Source of the DNA: Crocinitomicaceae bacterium
Lineage (GTDB): Bacteria > Bacteroidota > Bacteroidia > Flavobacteriales_D > Crocinitomicaceae
NCBI GenBank assembly: GCA_021740085.1
Contig: JAIPAL010000002.1
Span: 4,536-68,535 of the forward strand
Direction of reading: 5' to 3'
Length of the DNA: 64,000 nucleotides
The notes under the pieces were generated by a model. That model saw only the letters and a program-made list of their open reading frames with translations, was not told where the DNA came from and did no database searches. Numbering within the stretch: position 1 is the stretch's first letter; the number at the start of each line of letters is the position of its first letter. This document shows, in pieces, positions 10,466-18,231 of the stretch. The translations under genes and the position numbers were made by a program.

Positions 10466-11605
10466 ATGAATTTTGAAAAGAACGAAAATCAAGAAATGAT
10501 TGCACAAATGGTGCGGGACTTTTCCGAAAAAGAAATACGTCCATTTATGAGAAGGTGGGATGATGATGAAATTTTCCCTGTGGACACACTTAAAAAACTA
10601 GGGGAACTCGGGCTTTTGGGTATTTTTATTCCGGAAGAATACAACGGCGCTGGATTTTCATATAACGAATATGCCACTGCACTTATGGAATTAGGTAAAG
10701 TTTGTGGGGGTATCGGATTAAGTGTTGCTGCGCATAATTCCCTTTGCACTGGTCATATTTACTATCATGGATCAAAGGAGCAAAAAGAAAAATACTTACC
10801 TAAATTAGCCACCGGTGAGCACATTGGCGCTTGGGGTTTAACCGAAGCAAATACAGGTTCCGATGCCATGAGAATGGAAACAACAGCCGTGAAGGACGGA
10901 AAGGAATGGGTGCTAAACGGGACGAAAAATTGGATTACCCATGGTTTATCTGGCGATATTTCCGTTGTTTTAATTAGAACAGGAGAACTTTTAGATAGTA
11001 ATGGTATTACAGCATTTATTATTGAAAAAGGAACCCCGGGTTTCTCAGCTGTAAAAATAAAAGATAAGCTAGGCGTACGCGCAAGCGAAACAGCTGAATT
11101 AATTTTTGACAATGTTCGAATACCTGAAGAGAATGTGATCGGAGAAGTGGGAGCAGGATTTAAACAAGCGATGCAAATATTAGATGGAGGAAGAATATCA
11201 ATTGCTTCTTTAAGTTGTGGTATTGCACGTGGTGCTTATGAAGCATCCGTAAAATATGCCAAAGAAAGGGAACAATTTGGACAGCCGATCGCCCATTTTC
11301 AAGCGATCGCATTTAAATTAGCCGATATGCTTACGCAAATTGAAGCAGCGGAATTGCTCACCTTTCAAGCGGCTTATTTAAAAGACAATAAAATGCCTTT
11401 AACCAAAGAAGGTGCCTTTGCAAAATACTTTGCGTCTGAAGTAGCAGTTAAATGTGGAAATGAAGCAGTTCAGATTATGGGAGGATACGGCTATACTAAA
11501 GAATACCCTGCCGAAAAATTTTTACGGGATGCAAAATTAATGACCATTGGCGAAGGAACATCAGAAATTCAAAAGATTGTAATTTCAAGAGAAATTTTAA
11601 AATAA
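10466..11605 (+). CDS. Acyl-CoA dehydrogenase
   Basis: GLTEANTGSDA, WITHG, and C-terminal catalytic region YPAEKFLRDAKLMTIGEGTSEIQ. 379 aa. Confidence 0.9.
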   Translation: MNFEKNENQEMIAQMVRDFSEKEIRPFMRRWDDDEIFPVDTLKKLGELGLLGIFIPEEYNGAGFSYNEYATALMELGKVCGGIGLSVAAHNSLCTGHIYYHGSKEQKEKYLPKLATGEHIGAWGLTEANTGSDAMRMETTAVKDGKEWVLNGTKNWITHGLSGDISVVLIRTGELLDSNGITAFIIEKGTPGFSAVKIKDKLGVRASETAELIFDNVRIPEENVIGEVGAGFKQAMQILDGGRISIASLSCGIARGAYEASVKYAKEREQFGQPIAHFQAIAFKLADMLTQIEAAELLTFQAAYLKDNKMPLTKEGAFAKYFASEVAVKCGNEAVQIMGGYGYTKEYPAEKFLRDAKLMTIGEGTSEIQKIVISREILK

Positions 11606-11608
11606 TTC

Positions 11609-11638
11609 TTGCTTATTATTGAATTTGGTTTATCTTTG
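11609..11638 (+). promoter_or_regulatory. Candidate sigma-A promoter of rpsU (TTG-N19-TATCTTTG)
   Basis: TTG at 11609-11611, a 19-nt spacer, then TATCTTTG at 11631-11638, which is a perfect TAnnTTTG. It lies 33 nt upstream of the rpsU ATG and fits the Bacteroidota -33/-7 consensus. Confidence 0.5.
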
Positions 11639-11671
11639 CCACCCAAAGTTTATTTTATTTAAAAGTTAGTT

Positions 11672-11863
11672 ATGTTAATTATTCCAATCAAAGAAGGCGA
11701 AAACATTGAGAGAGCGTTAAAGAAGTACAAGAAAAAGTACGAAAAAACGAACATGATGAAACAATTAAGAGCTCGTAAAGAATTCCAAAAGCCTTCTATT
11801 GCGCGTCGTCAAGAAGTAATTCGTGCGGCATATAAGCAAAGAATGTTGTCTGAACAAATGTAA
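11672..11863 (+). CDS. rpsU: 30S ribosomal protein S21
   Basis: 63 aa, highly basic. IERALKKYKKKYEKT...LRARKEFQKPSIARR is typical S21. Confidence 0.9.
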   Translation: MLIIPIKEGENIERALKKYKKKYEKTNMMKQLRARKEFQKPSIARRQEVIRAAYKQRMLSEQM

Positions 11864-11884
11864 CCAAATCATAGTCTATTCGTT

Positions 11885-11908
11885 AAAGGAGCGTAAGCTC
11901 CTTTTTTT
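11885..11908 (+). terminator. Rho-independent terminator after rpsU
   Basis: Stem aaaggagc / gctccttt with a gtaa loop (core ggagc 11888-11892 / gctcc 11897-11901), then T7 at 11902-11908. The T-tract abuts the next ATG (11909). Confidence 0.7.
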
Positions 11909-12778
11909 ATGCTCGATAAATTCATCTCCTATTTACAATTTGAAAAACGGTATTCCGAGCATACTGTTATCGCCTACAAAAATGACCTTTCACAATTTAT
12001 AACATTTGCTGAGTTACAAGAAATCTCAGATTTTTCTAGTCTAAGGCCCACATTCATTCGATCTTGGATTGTTGAATTAATCGAGAATGGCTGCGCTAAT
12101 AAAAGCGTAAACAGAAAGTTGGCTAGCCTTCGAACCTTCTATAAATGGCTGCGAAAAGAAGGATTAGCAAGTACAAATCCTCTCTTAAAATTGCGCGGAC
12201 CTAAAAGTGAGAAACGATTGCCCTCTTTTGCCAAAGAATCAGAATTAAAGGAAACAAATCTTAGCGACTATTTTTCAGATGACTTTAATGGATTGAGAGA
12301 TGCTTTAATGGTGGAAGTTTTCTACCAGACCGGTATTCGTTTGAGCGAGTTAATCAATTTAAAAGATGGCAATGTCACCAATGACTCCATCAAAGTACTT
12401 GGTAAGCGCAATAAAGAAAGGATCATTCCAATTACCGCTGCTTTGTATAAAAAAATTGCAGCATATAGAAAAGTAAGAAACCTTACTTGCGGAGCCACCA
12501 CCACCTTGTTTGTACTAGAAAATGGTAATATCCTTTATCCTGCATTTGTTTATCGACGAATCACAAAATATCTTGGTACAACAACTCAACTGGATAAAAA
12601 AAGCCCACATGTTCTTCGGCATACTTTCGCCACGCATATGCTCAACAGAGGAGCCGGATTAGAAACTCTAAAAGATTTATTGGGGCATGCAAATCTTGCA
12701 GCAACTCAAATCTATACCCATAACTCATTCGCGCAATTAACAAAAGTATATTCACAAGCCCATCCAAGGGGCAAATAA
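11909..12778 (+). CDS. Tyrosine recombinase, XerC/XerD family
   Basis: N-terminal SAM-like core-binding domain (YLQFEKRYSEHTVIAYKNDL). Catalytic residues in context (GIRLSEL..., HVLRHTFATHML, LGHANLAATQIYTH). Lies in an rpsU-recombinase-hpf arrangement. Confidence 0.8.
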   Translation: MLDKFISYLQFEKRYSEHTVIAYKNDLSQFITFAELQEISDFSSLRPTFIRSWIVELIENGCANKSVNRKLASLRTFYKWLRKEGLASTNPLLKLRGPKSEKRLPSFAKESELKETNLSDYFSDDFNGLRDALMVEVFYQTGIRLSELINLKDGNVTNDSIKVLGKRNKERIIPITAALYKKIAAYRKVRNLTCGATTTLFVLENGNILYPAFVYRRITKYLGTTTQLDKKSPHVLRHTFATHMLNRGAGLETLKDLLGHANLAATQIYTHNSFAQLTKVYSQAHPRGK

Positions 12779-12788
12779 AAATTTAGTT

Positions 12789-13085
12789 ATGCAAAAACAA
12801 ATTAGCACCATTCATTTCAAAGCAGACAAAGATCTTCTAAGTTATTTAGATTTGAAGATTGAGAAATTATCCTTGTTTTCTCAGAATATTACTAGTTGTG
12901 AAGTTTACTTAAAATTAGATAAAGACGATCAGCACGAAAATAAATTAGTGGAAATAAAGCTTCATATTCCCGGCAAGGAATTGTTCGCAAAAAAGAAAAG
13001 TGCTAGCTTCGAAGAGGCCTCCACTCATGTAATAGATGCCTTAAAAAAACAATTAATCAAAGAAAAAGAGAAGCTATCCGATTGA
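12789..13085 (+). CDS. hpf: Ribosome hibernation promoting factor / RaiA (short form)
   Basis: 98 aa. The pattern ...LLSYLDLKIEKLSLF...ITSCEVYLKLD...IKLHIPGKELFAKK.SASFEEA is typical of the sigma-54 modulation/S30EA family. Confidence 0.75.
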   Translation: MQKQISTIHFKADKDLLSYLDLKIEKLSLFSQNITSCEVYLKLDKDDQHENKLVEIKLHIPGKELFAKKKSASFEEASTHVIDALKKQLIKEKEKLSD

Positions 13086-13448
13086 CACGATACGTTCGGT
13101 AATCATTTGCACAATTCGTTTATTTATTTCCGTTTTATTTTCAAGATAAAAAGCGTATTCATCCGCTGTAAAAAGGCCGATAACCATTCCAATATAGCGA
13201 ATTTTCAGATCGGAGGTTTTGGCAATTACATTTTTAATAGCTTCTCTGTATTCGAAACTTTTCAAACGCTTCGCTTTTATTTGAACAAAAAACAAGGTCT
13301 GTTTTACTTCAAGGATCCAAAGCTCCTGCTGGTATTTTAATATGGGACGCAAAACTTGATTTTGAAACTTTTCCAATGGCTTTGATGATTCTTCCTCTAA
13401 AAAAATGCTTGGTCTCAATTCCACTAATTCTTCGCTACGCTTTTTCAT
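13074..13448 (-). CDS. Hypothetical protein (124 aa)
   Basis: The ORF has coherent coding appearance (FQNQVLRPILKYQQELW...) and sits last in a co-directional string with ribE. Its 3' end overlaps the hpf 3' end by 12 nt. No motif recognised. Confidence 0.5.
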   Translation of the reverse strand: MKKRSEELVELRPSIFLEEESSKPLEKFQNQVLRPILKYQQELWILEVKQTLFFVQIKAKRLKSFEYREAIKNVIAKTSDLKIRYIGMVIGLFTADEYAFYLENKTEINKRIVQMITERIVSIG

Positions 13449-13467
13449 AAACCACTAAATTGAATCA

Positions 13468-14034
13468 CTAAATAATGTCCTCAGATATTTTTTGATGTAT
13501 CGGCATGAACTCATCAACATAACTCTCGATCCTTTCATCACTCGAAGAAGACATGAACAATAATTGCTTGCATTTAGGTAAGCTTTCTGCAATTCTCCCA
13601 ATAAATCCACGCCAACCGTATTTTACTTGGACATCCATTTGAAGCACAACAAATAATTTTAATTTGCTGATGTTAAAACCATTCTGGAAATACATTTCAC
13701 ACACACGTCTGGAAGTACCAATGATGATTTCTGTTCCATCATATAGGTCATTTCGTTGCTTCACCTTGTTTCCTTTTTCCAAAATCAAGTCGAGGGTTAA
13801 ATCTCTTTGCTTAATAAAAGGAACTAAAGAAGTGGCCAATTCTTGGGAAACTATGTTATCTGGGCATAAAATTATCATTCTTGGTGCGCCCTCTTCAGGG
13901 GTAGGAATTGAATGCAAAATAAGCGCTTCAATCAAGGAGACATTTATTTCGCTCGATTCACATAAAGCCGATGAACCAGACTTTAACGCTTTTAATACAT
14001 TGGTTTGAAATGCAGTTTTACTTTCCGAACTCAT
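13468..14034 (-). CDS. Degenerate DEAD-box helicase RecA-like domain 1 protein (no P-loop, DEAD replaced)
   Basis: Collinear with DEAD-box motifs Ia to III. RMIILCPDNIVSQELA corresponds to ALILxPTRELAxQ and GTEIIIGTSRRVCEMY to GxxIVVGTPGRxxD. LFVVLQMDVQV corresponds to LVLDEADxML and QLLFMSSSS to TLLFSAT. No GxGKT Walker A was found. Only 188 aa, so there is no second RecA domain. Confidence 0.55.
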   Translation of the reverse strand: MSSESKTAFQTNVLKALKSGSSALCESSEINVSLIEALILHSIPTPEEGAPRMIILCPDNIVSQELATSLVPFIKQRDLTLDLILEKGNKVKQRNDLYDGTEIIIGTSRRVCEMYFQNGFNISKLKLFVVLQMDVQVKYGWRGFIGRIAESLPKCKQLLFMSSSSDERIESYVDEFMPIHQKISEDII

Positions 14035-14357
14035 ATTAACTTCGGATTATTAACATGTCTAAGCTCATCTCTCGTTGTTTTTTTCTTTAAATTTAATTCC
14101 ATAGATTTTGTTAAATCGACCCCGGTTTGATTGGCAATGCAAATAAGAACAAAAAGCACATCGGCTAACTCATCGCCTAAATCAAGCTTTTTGTCGGATT
14201 CTTTTTCGCTTTGTTCCCCATATCTTCGAGCTATTATGCGCGCTACCTCTCCCACTTCTTCCGTCAATATGGCGGTGTTAGTCAATTCGTTAAAATACCG
14301 CACCCCATATTGCTTTATCCAAGCGTCAACGGTTTTTTGTGCTTCTTCAATTGTCAT
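14031..14357 (-). CDS. MazG-like nucleotide pyrophosphohydrolase domain protein
   Basis: 108 aa. EEVGEVARIIARRYGEQ and LGDELADVLFVLICIANQTGVDL are the EExxE/ExxD metal-binding helices of the MazG/YpjD family. Confidence 0.8.
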   Translation of the reverse strand: MTIEEAQKTVDAWIKQYGVRYFNELTNTAILTEEVGEVARIIARRYGEQSEKESDKKLDLGDELADVLFVLICIANQTGVDLTKSMELNLKKKTTRDELRHVNNPKLI

Positions 14358-14358
14358 G

Positions 14359-14955
14359 TTAATTTGATTTAGTTACTGATAACCATTTGGAAACATATTT
14401 GCCAATCACATCAAATTCAAGATTAACCGTATCGCCAAGCTTCATCTCATGAAAATTGGTGTTATGATAGGTATAAGGAATGATACAAACTGAAAAAGAG
14501 TCTTTATCCGAATTCACCACGGTTAAGCTTGTTCCATTAATGGTTATTGACCCTTTTTCCACCGTAATTTCCTTAGATTGGTGCGAAAAATCATATTTCC
14601 AACTTCCATTCTCTTCTAAAACCTTGGTGCAAGTAGCAACGCAATCTACATGTCCCTGAACGATATGCCCATCAATGCGCCCGTTCATCAACATTGAACG
14701 TTCGAGATTTACCTTTGTTCCCACTTTCCAATTCGATAAATTAGTCACAGACAAGGTTTCCTTTATGGCTGTTACCACATAAGATGAATTGGCCTTATCG
14801 ATATCAACTACGGTAAGGCAACATCCGTTATGAGCGACACTTTGGTCTACTTTTAATTGATCGGTAAACGCCGCCTCTATTGTAAAATTTACGTTATCTT
14901 TTTCTAGTTGAATGGCGACTACAACACCCATTTCTTCAATTATTCCAGTGAACAT
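14359..14955 (-). CDS. ribE: Riboflavin synthase (alpha chain)
   Basis: MFTGIIEEMG N-terminus, two lumazine-binding repeats (SVAHNGCCLTV; GSITINGTSLTV), DGHIVQGHVD. Confidence 0.9.
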   Translation of the reverse strand: MFTGIIEEMGVVVAIQLEKDNVNFTIEAAFTDQLKVDQSVAHNGCCLTVVDIDKANSSYVVTAIKETLSVTNLSNWKVGTKVNLERSMLMNGRIDGHIVQGHVDCVATCTKVLEENGSWKYDFSHQSKEITVEKGSITINGTSLTVVNSDKDSFSVCIIPYTYHNTNFHEMKLGDTVNLEFDVIGKYVSKWLSVTKSN

Positions 14956-15001
14956 AACACGCTTTAATTAAATAATCCTCAAAAGTAAGGGGATAATTGG
15001 A

Positions 15002-15688
15002 CTATCCCAAAGTTAATTTATATCCGACACCACGAATTGAATGAAAATGTTGAGGTTCTTTAGGATCAATTTCGAAAACTTTGCGGAAGGTCAAGATATA
15101 ATTATCAATCGTACGCGGTGTAGGAAACTTATCCATGCCCCAAATAGTATCTAAAATCTCATCACGTGAAATAACTCGTCCAACATTAACAGAAAAGAGC
15201 TGCAATAAATCAACTTCTCTTTTGGAAAAAGTTAGCATGTTCTTTTCTTGGGAATCACACACTTCAAAAGTTTGAAAATTAATAGTTTTAGACCCAATCG
15301 TAAATATATTTTGTGCAGTTGTTTTTAATTGAATTGCCAATAAAACCTTCACCCTTAATAAAAGTTCTTCTAAATCAAAAGGCTTTGACAAATAATCATT
15401 TCCACCTGCCTTTAAACCCACCACCCTATCCGGAGTAGTTCCTTTAGCTGATAGAAACAATATCGGCACGTCACTAAACCTTCTTATTTCCTTACAAACT
15501 TGAATTCCATTGTATCCGGGTAGCATCACATCTAGAATGACCAAATCGCTCTCCCCCAATTCTTTGGCATTATCAAAGGCTTCCGTTCCTGATTTAATCC
15601 CCACCACATCATATCCATCATACTCTAAATTCAACTTAATTGAATCCAATAATACGGCCTCATCTTCTACTAAATAAATGCGTTTCAT
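15002..15688 (-). CDS. OmpR/PhoB-family response regulator transcription factor
   Basis: REC domain (IYLVEDE..., LVILDVMLPG, DYLSKPF) plus winged-helix output (REVDLLQLF...TPRTIDNYILTFRKVF...IRGVGYKL). No histidine kinase is adjacent. Confidence 0.85.
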   Translation of the reverse strand: MKRIYLVEDEAVLLDSIKLNLEYDGYDVVGIKSGTEAFDNAKELGESDLVILDVMLPGYNGIQVCKEIRRFSDVPILFLSAKGTTPDRVVGLKAGGNDYLSKPFDLEELLLRVKVLLAIQLKTTAQNIFTIGSKTINFQTFEVCDSQEKNMLTFSKREVDLLQLFSVNVGRVISRDEILDTIWGMDKFPTPRTIDNYILTFRKVFEIDPKEPQHFHSIRGVGYKLTLG

Positions 15689-15712
15689 TTCGCAATAATT
15701 AAACTATTATAT

Positions 15713-15720
15713 TATATTTG
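15713..15720 (+). promoter_or_regulatory. Candidate -7 box TATATTTG upstream of the S1 protease gene
   Basis: TAnnTTTG match 29 nt upstream of ATG 15750, inside the 61-nt divergent intergenic region shared with the response regulator. No clear -33 TTG. Confidence 0.3.
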
Positions 15721-15749
15721 TCAGTGAAATTAATCATTAATATGCTACT

Positions 15750-18164
15750 ATGAAAATACGTCTACTCTACATCGCCTTATTGCTTCTTCTGATTAACACA
15801 AATGGTTATTCTCAAGAAAACATCCCTGTAATATCGAAGCAAATTTTTGATAAAAATATTCCCTTAACTATTATTTCTGCGCCGGAAATGAACGCTATCC
15901 ATGCAGAAGATATCCTGCGTGATAAAAATGGCGTATTATATAGAATTGGTGTAAACAGGCCTGCCAATATTTCATTAAACAATACAGGCATTTGGAAAAC
16001 GCTACCAAACGGAGACCGTCAATGGCAAATGCATATTAAATCTCCTGGTGCTGAAGCTATCAGCTTTCTTTTTGAGGTATTTAAGATCTATGGTGGAACC
16101 ACATTGAATATCCAGGACATTAGTGGAAAACCATTACACAATACCCTTACATCGAAAGATGTTGAATCGCACTTTATGCAAAATGCAGCTTTATGCTTTG
16201 GGGATGAAATGATTATGACCATTTATGAGCCCGCTTACACAAAATCATCGGAAATTTTCATTGATCGAATCATTTATAATTATAGAGCAACAGGCAATCC
16301 CAACGCACAAAAAATTAATGAATCTGACGCGTGCGAAATCAATGTAAATTGTAGCCCTGTGGGTAACAATTGGCAGGACGAAAAAAGAGGCGTAGCAAGA
16401 ATTTATGTGGTAGAAGGAGGCGGTGCTGGATGGTGTACTGGTTCTGTTGTAAACAATACGGCATTAGACTGCAAGCCCTTATTTCTAACAGCGCTGCATT
16501 GTGGTGTTAGTGCTACTGCAGGAAATATGAATCAATGGAAATTTTATTTCCGTTATGAGGCTCCTACCTGTACCAATCCAAGTGTAGCAGGAACTTTAGA
16601 TGATTATTTTATTACTGGTTGCGTTCGTTTGGCAGATTCCAATGATGCTGGCGGTGATACCGGATCTGACTTTTTATTGGTACAAATGGGTAGCATTGCT
16701 AATCAAGCAACAACTATTACTACCATGAAATCAGCGAACTTTAATTGTTACTGGAACGGTTGGGATGCTAACAATACAGCAACAACAGGTGGTGTTGGTA
16801 TTCACCATCCAGCTGGTGACATTAAAAAAATATCAACCTTTAATGGCACTACTGTTTCAACAACATGGGGAGGTTCTGTTTCAAACACGCACTGGAGATT
16901 AACTTGGTCCGCAAATTCAAATGGTCATGGCGTTACAGAAGGTGGGTCTTCAGGTTCGCCGCTGTTTAATAACAGCTCAGGTAGAATTATTGGGACACTC
17001 ACTGGTGGTGGTTCCTTTTGTACTGCATTAAATTCACCAGATAGTTATGGTAAAATGTCTTATCACTGGACGAGTAATGGTACACCAAACAACGAAAGAT
17101 TAAAAACATACCTTGATCCGGGCAATACTGGCTTACTCGTTTTAAACGGATCATCTGATCCTTGTACAGCGGTTAATCCTACTGTACCTGTAGCACAATT
17201 CAGCGCTACACCAACAACAGTAAATACAGGTGGAACGGTTAGTTTCACCGATTTAAGTACTGGTTCGCCGACATCATGGGCTTGGACTATTTCAGGTAGT
17301 GGTTGGAGCTATACAGGTGGAACCTCAGCTTCTTCGCAAAACCCTCAAGTTATCTTTAATACAGTAGGTCAATATACCGTTACGTTAGTAGCTAGCAATT
17401 CAATGGGTAGTGATAATGAAGTTAAAACAAATTACATAACCGTCACCCAACAAAGTGGACCATGTGCTGGCTCTTCTGCCACCTGCGATGAGTACATTAA
17501 TAATGTCCTTTTGAACACTATTAATAATACAAGTAACTGTTCAGCTGGTGGATTTGGTAATTATTCTGCTATGAGTACAACATTAGCAAAAGGGTCTCCT
17601 TATACTGTTACCGTTTCGCCTGCAATTAATGGCGCTCCTGGTGCATACACCGATGATGAGATTGCTGTATGGATCGATTATAACAACGATCTTGATTTTA
17701 CGGACGCTGGGGAACGAATAGCCTATGTTTTAGTTGCTGCTGGGTGGAACAATGTCTTTAACTTTGTGGTGCCAGCGACTGCAACAACAGCCCTTGTCAA
17801 TATGCGCGTACGCATTTCTTATTCTGTAGACGGCGCCATCGTTCCTTGTGGAGAAAGTACATACGGTGAAGTAGAAGATTATAAGGTAAATATCGTTGCA
17901 AGTTCTGGCCTTGAAGAGAATAATATAGATGGATTATCCATCTTCCCGAATCCGACGAATGATTTTATCACTATCGATTTGTCTTCTGTCAATGCAATAG
18001 TTAAAGAAATTAAACTAGTGGATTTAACTGGAAAGACCTTATTAACGAGTACAATAATTAATAACTCAAGCAAAATAGATTTACATACGCTTTCAGCAGG
18101 TGTATATCATGTGATTGTCAACACGAATTTGGGTTCAGTCACACGAAAAATAATTAAACTTTAA
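15750..18164 (+). CDS. Secreted trypsin-fold (S1) serine endopeptidase, lysyl-endopeptidase-like, with PKD, GEVED and T9SS C-terminal domains
   Basis: Signal peptide. Catalytic context LTALHCG (His), GSDFLLVQM (Asp), EGGSSGSPLF (Ser). PKD-like repeat (AQFSATPTTVNTGGTVSFTDLSTG...YTVTLVASNSMGSD). GEVED domain ending YGEVEDYKVNI. T9SS CTD (LSIFPNPTNDFITIDL...AGVYHVIV...KIIKL). Confidence 0.8.
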   Translation: MKIRLLYIALLLLLINTNGYSQENIPVISKQIFDKNIPLTIISAPEMNAIHAEDILRDKNGVLYRIGVNRPANISLNNTGIWKTLPNGDRQWQMHIKSPGAEAISFLFEVFKIYGGTTLNIQDISGKPLHNTLTSKDVESHFMQNAALCFGDEMIMTIYEPAYTKSSEIFIDRIIYNYRATGNPNAQKINESDACEINVNCSPVGNNWQDEKRGVARIYVVEGGGAGWCTGSVVNNTALDCKPLFLTALHCGVSATAGNMNQWKFYFRYEAPTCTNPSVAGTLDDYFITGCVRLADSNDAGGDTGSDFLLVQMGSIANQATTITTMKSANFNCYWNGWDANNTATTGGVGIHHPAGDIKKISTFNGTTVSTTWGGSVSNTHWRLTWSANSNGHGVTEGGSSGSPLFNNSSGRIIGTLTGGGSFCTALNSPDSYGKMSYHWTSNGTPNNERLKTYLDPGNTGLLVLNGSSDPCTAVNPTVPVAQFSATPTTVNTGGTVSFTDLSTGSPTSWAWTISGSGWSYTGGTSASSQNPQVIFNTVGQYTVTLVASNSMGSDNEVKTNYITVTQQSGPCAGSSATCDEYINNVLLNTINNTSNCSAGGFGNYSAMSTTLAKGSPYTVTVSPAINGAPGAYTDDEIAVWIDYNNDLDFTDAGERIAYVLVAAGWNNVFNFVVPATATTALVNMRVRISYSVDGAIVPCGESTYGEVEDYKVNIVASSGLEENNIDGLSIFPNPTNDFITIDLSSVNAIVKEIKLVDLTGKTLLTSTIINNSSKIDLHTLSAGVYHVIVNTNLGSVTRKIIKL

Positions 18165-18180
18165 TCATTCAATTTCTTTA

Positions 18181-18209
18181 AAACCGCCAATTTTTGGCGG
18201 TTTTTTTTT
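18181..18209 (+). terminator. Rho-independent terminator after the S1 protease gene
   Basis: Stem ccgccaa (18184-18190) / ttggcgg (18194-18200), 3-nt loop, T9 tail (18201-18209), A-run on the 5' side. Confidence 0.8.
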
Positions 18210-18231
18210 GCTTATTTGCCAATAATCGTTC

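Noticed and set aside
11909-12778. The tyrosine recombinase as a possible marker of an integrated mobile element or genomic island.
   Set aside because: It sits in the rpsU-recombinase-hpf arrangement that I recall as conserved in Bacteroidota chromosomes. It has Xer-like length and N-terminus. It is flanked by housekeeping genes, with no direct repeats, tRNA target, excisionase, or cargo genes visible.
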